This document shows, one piece after another, positions 1-7,202 of a DNA stretch of 64,000 nucleotides (positions are counted from its first letter, which is position 1; every line of letters begins with the position of its first letter). This DNA comes from Candidatus Marinacidobacterales bacterium (GTDB lineage: Bacteria > Acidobacteriota > Vicinamibacteria > Marinacidobacterales > SMYC01). The position numbers were made by a program, and so were the translations under genes. The notes below the pieces were generated by a model. It saw only the letters and a program-made list of their open reading frames with translations. It had not been told where the DNA came from and did no database searches. The DNA lies in assembly GCA_965237955.1 (NCBI GenBank), contig OZ250169.1:6624001-6688000 (forward strand), read 5' to 3'.

Positions 1-724
1 GAGACATCTCTTCGAGAAGCGCAGCAAACTCATCTCCGCCCCAGCGCGCCACCAGGTCGACGTTGCGCACGCAGTATCGAAGCCGGCCCGCGACCATGCG
101 CAGAAGCTCGTCGCCGACCCCATGCCCGAAAGCGCTGTTGATCGCTTTGAAGCCGTCGAGTCCGATGAGCATCACTCCGGTGGTCTTGCCGTCACCCGCC
201 CGAGACAGCGCTCGCGCAAGCTTCGAATGCAAGAGATGTCGTGTGGGAATCTCCGTTACCGAATCGAGCGTCGGTGGCTCGTCCGTTCCTTGTTCGAGCG
301 CTTGCCGCTGGCGCTCGATGGCGCGCCGCATGCGCATGGTCTCGAGTGCATTCCTGATCGCACGATACGGCTCGGTGCTACCGGAGCGAGTCGAAAAGAC
401 AATGTCTTGTGCACCCGCGTCCAGCGCCGCTTGCGCGATGTCGTCGTCGTCATCATCAGAGGCGAGCATCAGGACCACCGGAACCGCAACTGCGTTCTCA
501 CGGTGGCCCAACTTCTCCAGAGCGTCCAAGCCGAAGTCACGGACGCGGTGACTCACCAGGACACAATCGAGCTCACCCGCATCCTCGATGGCGAGCCCCT
601 TGCCGACATCACTCGCCTCCAAGAACCGAACGCCAGTATCGAGGTGCTGCTCGAGACGCCGCTTCCAGCGCTCACGGTCGCGCCGAAGCCTGTCGATGAT
701 GAGAATGGTCGCTTCGCTCGTCAT
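1..724 (-). CDS. Receiver-like domain + GGDEF diguanylate cyclase (runs off the window start; missing from the ORF track)
   Basis: Manual minus-strand translation from ATG at 724: MTSEATILIID...DCVLVSH...ALDAGAQDIV (receiver fold), then LDGFKAINSAFGHGVGDELLR...RNVDLVARWGGDEF with an intact RxxD I-site. Confidence 0.9.
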   Translation of the reverse strand, partial: MTSEATILIIDRLRRDRERWKRRLEQHLDTGVRFLEASDVGKGLAIEDAGELDCVLVSHRVRDFGLDALEKLGHRENAVAVPVVLMLASDDDDDDIAQAALDAGAQDIVFSTRSGSTEPYRAIRNALETMRMRRAIERQRQALEQGTDEPPTLDSVTEIPTRHLLHSKLARALSRAGDGKTTGVMLIGLDGFKAINSAFGHGVGDELLRMVAGRLRYCVRNVDLVARWGGDEFAALLEEMS

Positions 725-817
725 GATGGATTGTCGGGAAAAAGCCGGAAAATGTGGCCTTCTACCTACGCTCACGGCGAGAAGCGCCGCAGCACAAACC
801 GCTCGGGCACCATCTAA

Positions 818-832
818 GCAAGGATTGTGCCC
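818..832 (-). promoter_or_regulatory. Putative sigma54 (-24/-12) promoter for the GGDEF gene
   Basis: Minus strand GGGCAC-AATCC-TTGC matches GGCAC-N5-TTGC. Confidence 0.6.
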
Positions 833-985
833 GGCCTTGCTCAATCGTCCAACTCGTTTCTTTTCATCACTGGAGTACCCCACGGTAAGTTGTAGGAATG
901 CAGGGGGATTTATTTTTGCAACCTCGGCGAGCTGTTAACGGGTGGAAAAACCCTCGGCCCGAGCTCTCAACCCGCGCCCAGCGGC

Positions 986-1001
986 GGGCACAGAACTTGC
1001 A
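986..1001 (+). promoter_or_regulatory. Putative sigma54 (-24/-12) promoter for the FHA gene
   Basis: GGGCAC-AGAAC-TTGCA matches GGCAC-N5-TTGC; an in-frame GTG follows at 1017. Confidence 0.6.
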
Positions 1002-1016
1002 TCCCCGATCGTTATC

Positions 1017-2042
1017 GTGTCGGAGGAACGGTCAGACAACACCACCGAGCTTCTTCTGCTCGCCACCGAACGCCAGGTGTATGCATTCGACCTGTCCCAC
1101 CGCGCCCGCGTGACCATCGGCCGCCACGAGTCGAACGACTTAGAGCTCGCTTCGCGGACAGTCTCCAATTTTCACGCCGAGATCGTGAGCGAGAACGGCC
1201 GGCTCCACGTCCGGGATCTGGGCAGTACCAACGGAACACACGTAAACGAAGTTCAGATCGACTCCGAACGAGTGGACACCGGAGACCAGATCCGCGTCGG
1301 CAACCACGTGATGACGTTACAGCTCAAGTCGGTGGACGGCCCCGAAGCTGCATTCCTGCAATATCAGAAAAGCCCACAGGTCTTGGGCCCCGGAACCCGT
1401 GGACGCATCATTTCGATGAGCGGGCGCTCGGCCGACGCGATGAAGACGATTCGCGGTGTAGACCCGAACGACTTCACGTTTCCCGACCTGCTCAAGCTCC
1501 TGACCTCGAATACCCAATCGGTGCGAGCTGTCGTCACACGAGGCGCCGAGGTTGCCCGGGTCGTCATCCACAAACAAAACATCATCCACGCCGAATACGG
1601 CGATGCTGTCGGCGAGAAGGCACTCTACCGCCTGTTTGGATGGCGGGACGCCAGCTACGAAATCGAAGCGCTGCAACCCGCCGACGGAATTTCTCGATCG
1701 ATTTCGCTACCGGTCGACACGCTCATCATGGAGGGAATGGAGCATGCGGTCGAGCTCGGCAGGCTCGTCGCCACGCTACCGCCTCTAGGAGCACCGCTTC
1801 GAATCAAAGAAGATTGCCCGCTTCCCATGACAGCGCATTCGCCCGAAGAGATTGAGGTGTTCCAGTTCATCGTTCGCCACGAAACGATCGGCACCGTGCT
1901 TGCGAAGTCTGCCCTCGCGGACGTGCGTGTTCTTCGTCTTATCGACTCGTTACTCCGTAAAGGTGTTTTCGAGACCGCAAGAGACACCGACGCTACGCTC
2001 GACGGAACGGCGCTTCCGGAATCTCTTCGAACCGGCAGCTGA
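1017..2042 (+). CDS. FHA domain + DUF4388-like domain protein
   Basis: FHA motifs GRHESND, SRTVSNFHA, DLGSTNGT; C-terminal FPDLLKLL...IHAEYG...GEKALYRLFGW. ORF is open from 942; start placed downstream of the sigma54 site. Confidence 0.8.
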   Translation: MSEERSDNTTELLLLATERQVYAFDLSHRARVTIGRHESNDLELASRTVSNFHAEIVSENGRLHVRDLGSTNGTHVNEVQIDSERVDTGDQIRVGNHVMTLQLKSVDGPEAAFLQYQKSPQVLGPGTRGRIISMSGRSADAMKTIRGVDPNDFTFPDLLKLLTSNTQSVRAVVTRGAEVARVVIHKQNIIHAEYGDAVGEKALYRLFGWRDASYEIEALQPADGISRSISLPVDTLIMEGMEHAVELGRLVATLPPLGAPLRIKEDCPLPMTAHSPEEIEVFQFIVRHETIGTVLAKSALADVRVLRLIDSLLRKGVFETARDTDATLDGTALPESLRTGS

Positions 2043-2054
2043 GGCTCGCCAGCG

Positions 2055-3446
2055 CTACGTCGAGCTCCACGCGGTGAGACCGCGCTCTTCGTCGGTTCCC
2101 GGTATCGTATTGTCCAGGACGAGCGCGATGAAAGCGCCCACTGCCATCCCGGTACGACCGAGCGTATTGCTGACGTCCGCGAGGAGACTCCAAGCTGGTC
2201 CGAAGTCGACAGGGTTCGCGGTGAAGTATTGCGGAACCGAAAGCCCCATGAAGAACGCGAACCCGAGGATGAACAAATTGCGCGCTGAGTTCAGGTTCAC
2301 GAACTGCAAGTTCGACAGTCCGACCGCGGCGATCATCCCGAACATCGCGCAGTACATGCCACCCACGATAGGTTGAGGGATCGTCGTAAAGAGCGCGCCG
2401 AACTTTCCGAACGCGCCGAGAACCAACATGAACGCGGCGCCGGTCTGAACGACGCGGCGGCTTCCGACCCGGGTCAGACCGATCGCTCCGATGTTCTCGC
2501 TGTAGGATGTCGTCCCGTTTCCGGTCCCGAAAATTCCGGCGATGAGACAGCCAACGCCCTCCATGCCGATGCCCCGGTTCACGACCGAAGAGCTCGGTAC
2601 CGGTGCGCCCGCAAGCCGAGCGCACGCGTAGTAGTCTCCGACCGACTCCACCATCGAGGCGAGGTAGCCCGCGAGCATGCCGACGGTCGCGGCCAACCCG
2701 AAAACGGGCAGGCCCCATTGAAACGGATACGGGACTCGGACCCAGGGAGCTGCGCGCACGTTGTCCATCGAAACGTACGCTGGGTGACCTTCCGCAAACA
2801 CGCCGAGCGCCGTGAGAAGGCTCGCCACACCCCAGGACAACAAGATCGCGAGCATGATGGGAAACAGCTCGAACGCCCGATGAGTGCGCCGCATGTATTG
2901 GCTGAACAAGATGATGAGGACGATCGTCAGCCCGCCGATCCCCCAATGCTTGCCCGCTTCGGGCGCACCCAAGTTGAAAAGCGCCAGTCCGATGAGCGCG
3001 ATCGTCGGCGCGATCGTGATCGGCCCGACAAAGCGAAGAAGCTTTCCCATCAGCCCGGAGTAACCGATCAGCATTTCGAAAAACGATCCCGCGATGACGG
3101 CGCCTTGAATGTGTTGAAGCCGCACTTCGAAACCCGCTTCACGCACGGCAGCCATCCCTATTATCGAAATCGCAGGAGCGAGGAACGAGAATGTTCCTCC
3201 TTGGATGAGCGGCAGACGGTTGCCCCACGTCGTTTGTAAAAGCGTCGTGATGCCGCTGACGAAGAACATCGTCCCGATGAGCCAGCCGAGCTCGATGGGC
3301 TTATCTGCAATCCCGAGAGGCTCGCTCAAGATCAACGGGATCGCGACCGTCGAGCCGAACATCGTGAGGTATTGCTGGAAGCCGAGTGGGATGACTTCGA
3401 CCCAGGGCGGGTTGTCGTCGATGGAATAGATGAGCTTTGGCTTCAA
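2055..3446 (-). CDS. NCS2 (nucleobase:cation symporter-2, uracil/xanthine permease family) transporter
   Basis: GFQQYLTMFG, NRLPLIQGGTFSF, ESVGD, TTSYSENIGAIGLTRVGSR signature; multiple TM segments. Confidence 0.95.
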   Translation of the reverse strand: MKPKLIYSIDDNPPWVEVIPLGFQQYLTMFGSTVAIPLILSEPLGIADKPIELGWLIGTMFFVSGITTLLQTTWGNRLPLIQGGTFSFLAPAISIIGMAAVREAGFEVRLQHIQGAVIAGSFFEMLIGYSGLMGKLLRFVGPITIAPTIALIGLALFNLGAPEAGKHWGIGGLTIVLIILFSQYMRRTHRAFELFPIMLAILLSWGVASLLTALGVFAEGHPAYVSMDNVRAAPWVRVPYPFQWGLPVFGLAATVGMLAGYLASMVESVGDYYACARLAGAPVPSSSVVNRGIGMEGVGCLIAGIFGTGNGTTSYSENIGAIGLTRVGSRRVVQTGAAFMLVLGAFGKFGALFTTIPQPIVGGMYCAMFGMIAAVGLSNLQFVNLNSARNLFILGFAFFMGLSVPQYFTANPVDFGPAWSLLADVSNTLGRTGMAVGAFIALVLDNTIPGTDEERGLTAWSST

Positions 3447-3455
3447 GAAGCGTTA

Positions 3456-3484
3456 AAGGTAGGCGCGCGCCTCGACGATGTCAA
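3456..3484 (-). promoter_or_regulatory. Sigma70-type promoter for the NCS2 gene
   Basis: TTGACA-17nt-TACCTT on the minus strand, ending 9 nt before the TTG start. Confidence 0.6.
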
Positions 3485-3579
3485 TTCGAACGTGCGCAGC
3501 AAGAAAAGTGAGAGAATGTGCGGCATGGAATTCGCGACTTGTCTAGCCTCTGCGGTGAGTCTTTCTTTTCCAGCTCAGC

Positions 3580-4452
3580 TCAGGGCAGCAGCCCCGTCAT
3601 GTCGCCGTAGGTCTCCGGCCGGCGGTAGCGGTAGAACTGCCACACCCGGCGGACCTCTTCGATCATGTCGAGGTCCATCTCCGCCGTCACGAGCTCGTCT
3701 TGATCTTCACTGCCTTCCGCAAGAAACTGCCCACGCGGGTCGACGAAGTAGCTGTGTCCGTAGAATTTTCCGATGTTCCACGGCGCTTCCTCTCCGACGC
3801 GGTTGAGACAACCCATGAAGTACCCGTTGGCAACGGCATGCGCGGGCTGCTCGAGCTTCCAAAGATACTGCGATAACACGGCCACCGTGGCCGATGGATT
3901 GAACACGATCTCCGCACCAGCCAGCCCGAGCAAACGCGCTCCCTCGGGAAAATGGCGGTCGTAACATATATAAAGGCCGACTTTCGCGTGCGCCGTATCG
4001 AATACCGGATAACCGAGATTGCCGGGCTTGAAGAAATACTTCTCCCAGAACCCGGACGTGTGCGGCAAGTGGTTCTTCCGGTACTTGCCCAGATACTTCC
4101 CATCCGCATCGATGATCGCCGCCGAGTTGTAGTAAACACCCGCCTGCTCCCGCTCATAGATCGGAATGATGAGAACCATTTCGTACTTCTGCGCGTAAGG
4201 CGTGAGCGCTTCCGTCGTCGGTCCCGGGATCGGCTCGGCAGCGTCGTACCAGCGCGCGTCCTGAGACGGGCAAAAGTAGGGCCCGTTGAAAATTTCCTGG
4301 AGGCACAGAATCTGAACGCCCTCCTGCCCCGCTTCCTCAACGAGCGGGATGTGCTTTTCGAGGGCCGCGTCCTGGATTTCCTTCACGGGACGAGTTTCGT
4401 CGTTGATGGGATTTTCACATTGGATGAGACCGCCTTTCACGAGCCTGGCCAT
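3580..4452 (-). CDS. Nitrilase-superfamily carbon-nitrogen hydrolase, beta-ureidopropionase-like
   Basis: LQEIFNGPYFC, YRKNHLP, FWEKYFFKPGN, ICYDRHFPE (E-K-C triad); SD AAGGAG before the ATG at 4452. Confidence 0.9.
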   Translation of the reverse strand: MARLVKGGLIQCENPINDETRPVKEIQDAALEKHIPLVEEAGQEGVQILCLQEIFNGPYFCPSQDARWYDAAEPIPGPTTEALTPYAQKYEMVLIIPIYEREQAGVYYNSAAIIDADGKYLGKYRKNHLPHTSGFWEKYFFKPGNLGYPVFDTAHAKVGLYICYDRHFPEGARLLGLAGAEIVFNPSATVAVLSQYLWKLEQPAHAVANGYFMGCLNRVGEEAPWNIGKFYGHSYFVDPRGQFLAEGSEDQDELVTAEMDLDMIEEVRRVWQFYRYRRPETYGDMTGLLP

Positions 4453-4469
4453 CGCTGAACTCCTTTTCA

Positions 4470-4716
4470 CTTTTCAGTGTCGCGCGCTGCGCAAGGGACG
4501 CTATCAGACGCGCCCACGGACAAGCTCTCCTTATGGCCCTCGAGCTCCCCGGGCGGCTGGACGCTAGCCCGCGCCGGGAAGCCCGAGCTCGAGGGGTAGC
4601 GTTCCCAACACTCCCAATCTAAATGATTGCGAGACCACGACTCCGTCCTCGAACGCGACGGGAAGCGGCTACAGGCATCTTGCCGCGAAGCGGCACCGAA
4701 GGAGCTTCCCGCCGGG
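4470..4716 (-). ncRNA. Candidate structured 5' leader (riboswitch-like) upstream of the ureidopropionase gene
   Basis: Stems 4657-4666/4704-4713 enclosing hairpin 4681-4695; perfect 11-bp stem 4537-4547/4585-4595; lies between the promoter and the SD. Confidence 0.4.
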
Positions 4717-4722
4717 CCGCGG

Positions 4723-4751
4723 AGTTTAGTACATCACGGACGTTCTGGCAA
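4723..4751 (-). promoter_or_regulatory. Sigma70-type promoter giving a ~265-nt leader
   Basis: TTGCCA-17nt-TAAACT on the minus strand. Confidence 0.6.
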
Positions 4752-4797
4752 CGACATCAATTTCCCGGTAGTGCTGTAGTTTGATCAAACTGATGCA

Positions 4798-4965
4798 CTA
4801 CCAATTTCCGGCCAGGCGATTGAGTACGTGCTGCGACCGCTCGACGAGCTCCGCCACGAGCTCCGCCGCCCGACGGTTTCGGAAGAGACCAACACCCTGG
4901 CCCGCCCACATCGCCATGAAGCGTGAGTCTCCGCGTTCGGCCACTGCCTTGCGCAACTCTCTGGA
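4798..4965 (-). pseudogene. 3' remnant of a nitronate monooxygenase-family gene
   Basis: RELRKAVAERGDSRFMAMWAGQGVGL...AAELVAELV resembles the NMO C-terminal WAGQG motif; no 5' part present. Confidence 0.6.
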
Positions 4966-4990
4966 TACTGAATGAGGTAACATTTCGACC

Positions 4991-6259
4991 ATGATTGGCG
5001 ACAACGCTCGGCGGAGCCTAAGTATCGATGGGGCGCGGCTCATGCGCCGCCTCAACGAGCTCAACCAGCGGGGGGCACGGGATGACGGCGGCTGCAACCG
5101 CCTCGCGTTCACCGACGCCGACAAAGAAGGTCGTGACCTCGTCACCGGATGGATGCGCGAGCTCGGGATGAGCGTTACCGTCGACGCTATCGGTAACGCC
5201 GTCGCGGCGCGCCCGGGTGCGGAAGACGGCCCGCCGGTCATGTGCGGCTCGCACATCGACACCGTACGCACAGGTGGTCGCTACGACGGAAACCTCGGTG
5301 TGCTCGCCGGACTCGAGATCATCGAAACGCTGAACGACGCGGGGCTCACCACGCGCCGTCCCCTCGCGGTCGCGTTCTTCTCTAACGAGGAAGGTGCACG
5401 CATCGCGCCTGACATGATGGGTAGCCTGGTATACGTCGGTGGGCTCCCGCTCGCGGAAGCACACGCCGCGGTGAGTATCGATGGCAAGACCGTCGCCGAC
5501 GAGCTCGAGCGGATCGGCTATCGCGGCGACGCGCCTGTTCCCGGCGCGACACCGTACGCGTTCGTCGAGCTTCACATCGAGCAAGGTCCGATCCTGGAGG
5601 CGGAGGGCATCGGCCTCGGCGCGGTCACCGGTGTCCAGGGGATCTCGTGGACCGAAGTCACGGTGGAAGGCCAAGCGAACCACGCGGGCACGACACCGAT
5701 GTCGTACCGCCACGACGCCGGTTACGTCGCCGCGGAAACAGCAGCGTTCGTCCGGCGTTTGGTGAAAGAGATGGGAGGCGCGCAAGTCGGCACCGTCGGC
5801 GCGATCGACCTCGACCCGAACCTCGTGAATGTCGTCGCCCGGAAAGCCGTGCTCACCGTCGATCTACGCAACACCGACGAGAGTCTGCTGCAACAAGCCG
5901 AGGCGCGACTCAACCAGCACCTCGACACTATCGCCGAAGCCGAAGGCGTCGAGACCACGACGCGCAAGCTCGCACGGTTCGAGCCCGTCGATTTCGACCG
6001 GCGCGTTATCGAGCTCGTCGAAGATACGGCCAAAGCCCTCGGGAACACAGTCCGCCAACTACCCGCGGGAGCGGGACACGACGCCCAGATGCTCGCGCGC
6101 GTTTGCCCGACGGGCATGGTGTTCACGCCGAGCGTCAAAGGCATCAGCCACAATCCGAAAGAGCACACCGACCCGAAAGACCTCGAAGCCGGCGCCAACG
6201 TCTTGCTTCAACTGCTTCTCACCCTGTCCGAGTCCGACGACATCCCGGTGCGTTTATGA
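4991..6259 (+). CDS. Zn-dependent M20 amidohydrolase (N-carbamoyl-L-amino-acid hydrolase/allantoate amidohydrolase family)
   Basis: GSHIDTV, GGRYDGNLGV, NEEG, ELHIEQGP, ANHAGTTPM, GAGHDAQ, SHNPKE. Confidence 0.93.
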   Translation: MIGDNARRSLSIDGARLMRRLNELNQRGARDDGGCNRLAFTDADKEGRDLVTGWMRELGMSVTVDAIGNAVAARPGAEDGPPVMCGSHIDTVRTGGRYDGNLGVLAGLEIIETLNDAGLTTRRPLAVAFFSNEEGARIAPDMMGSLVYVGGLPLAEAHAAVSIDGKTVADELERIGYRGDAPVPGATPYAFVELHIEQGPILEAEGIGLGAVTGVQGISWTEVTVEGQANHAGTTPMSYRHDAGYVAAETAAFVRRLVKEMGGAQVGTVGAIDLDPNLVNVVARKAVLTVDLRNTDESLLQQAEARLNQHLDTIAEAEGVETTTRKLARFEPVDFDRRVIELVEDTAKALGNTVRQLPAGAGHDAQMLARVCPTGMVFTPSVKGISHNPKEHTDPKDLEAGANVLLQLLLTLSESDDIPVRL

Positions 6260-7188
6260 GCCGCGAGGTCGTCATCGCAGCGGCCCAGCTCGGTCCCATC
6301 TCGAGAAGCGACAGCCGCGAGGCCGTCGTCGAACGGCTCCTCGCCCTCTTGCATCAAGCCCACGAGCAAGGCGCCGAGCTCGTGGTGTACCCGGAGCTCG
6401 CACTCACAACGTTTTTCCCGCGTTGGAGCATCGACGACCAGGACGAGATCGACAGATTTTTCGAGCGCGAGATGCCGAACGCAGCAACGCAGCCGTTGTT
6501 CGACGAAGCGAATAAACTCGGCGTCGGTTTCAGTGTCGGTTATGCCGAGCTCACACCGGACGGGCACCACTACAACACGCAGATTCTTGTCGAGCGCAAC
6601 GGCACCGTTGTCGGAAAGTTTCGCAAAGTCCACCTCCCCGGCCACGAAGAGAACGAAACGTGGCGCAAGTTCCAACATCTGGAGCGGCGTTACTTCGAGC
6701 CGGGCCCCGAAGGCTTTCAAGTGTGGCGCGCGTTCGGTGGCATAATAGGCATGGCCATTTGCAACGATCGGCGTTGGCCGGAAACGTATCGCGTGATGGG
6801 TCTTCAAGGCGCGGAGCTCATTCTCATCGGCTACAACACGCCAATTCACTACGCGCCTGATCCCAGCCAGGACGTTCTCCGAAGTTTTCACAACCATCTC
6901 GTCATGCAGGCGGGCGCGTATCAGAACGGCACGTGGGTCGTCGGTGTCGCCAAGGGCGGCTGTGAAGAAGGCGTCGATTCGCTTACAGAGAGTGCGATCA
7001 TCGCCCCTTCGGGGCAGATCGTCGCGCGATGCGACTCGGAGAGTGACGAGGTCGCCGTCGCGCGATGCGATCTCGATATGTGTAAGAACTACAAAGGCAC
7101 GCTGTTCGACTTCGAGCGCTACCGCATGCCCGAGCACTACAAGCGCATCACCGAGCAACGCGGCGCTATTGAACCGGCCCCGGACTGA
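6256..7188 (+). CDS. N-carbamoyl-D-amino-acid hydrolase (D-carbamoylase)
   Basis: PELALTTFFPRW, RKVHLPGH, FQHLERRYF, ICNDRRWPE, GYNTP, AGAYQNG; ATGA overlap with the upstream stop. Confidence 0.93.
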   Translation: MSREVVIAAAQLGPISRSDSREAVVERLLALLHQAHEQGAELVVYPELALTTFFPRWSIDDQDEIDRFFEREMPNAATQPLFDEANKLGVGFSVGYAELTPDGHHYNTQILVERNGTVVGKFRKVHLPGHEENETWRKFQHLERRYFEPGPEGFQVWRAFGGIIGMAICNDRRWPETYRVMGLQGAELILIGYNTPIHYAPDPSQDVLRSFHNHLVMQAGAYQNGTWVVGVAKGGCEEGVDSLTESAIIAPSGQIVARCDSESDEVAVARCDLDMCKNYKGTLFDFERYRMPEHYKRITEQRGAIEPAPD

Positions 7189-7202
7189 CCCGGAATGACC
7201 CA

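Noticed and set aside
4690-4710. GCACCGAAGGAGC resembling a glycine riboswitch core
   Set aside because: It is on the strand opposite the leader and lacks the GGAGA and CTCTCAGG elements.
5647-6255. N-terminal extensions in track ORFs 5647..7188, 27172..28254, 28566..30602 and 38379..39656
   Set aside because: Arg-rich off-frame or non-coding read-through; real starts are at 6256, ~27829, 29169 and 39500.
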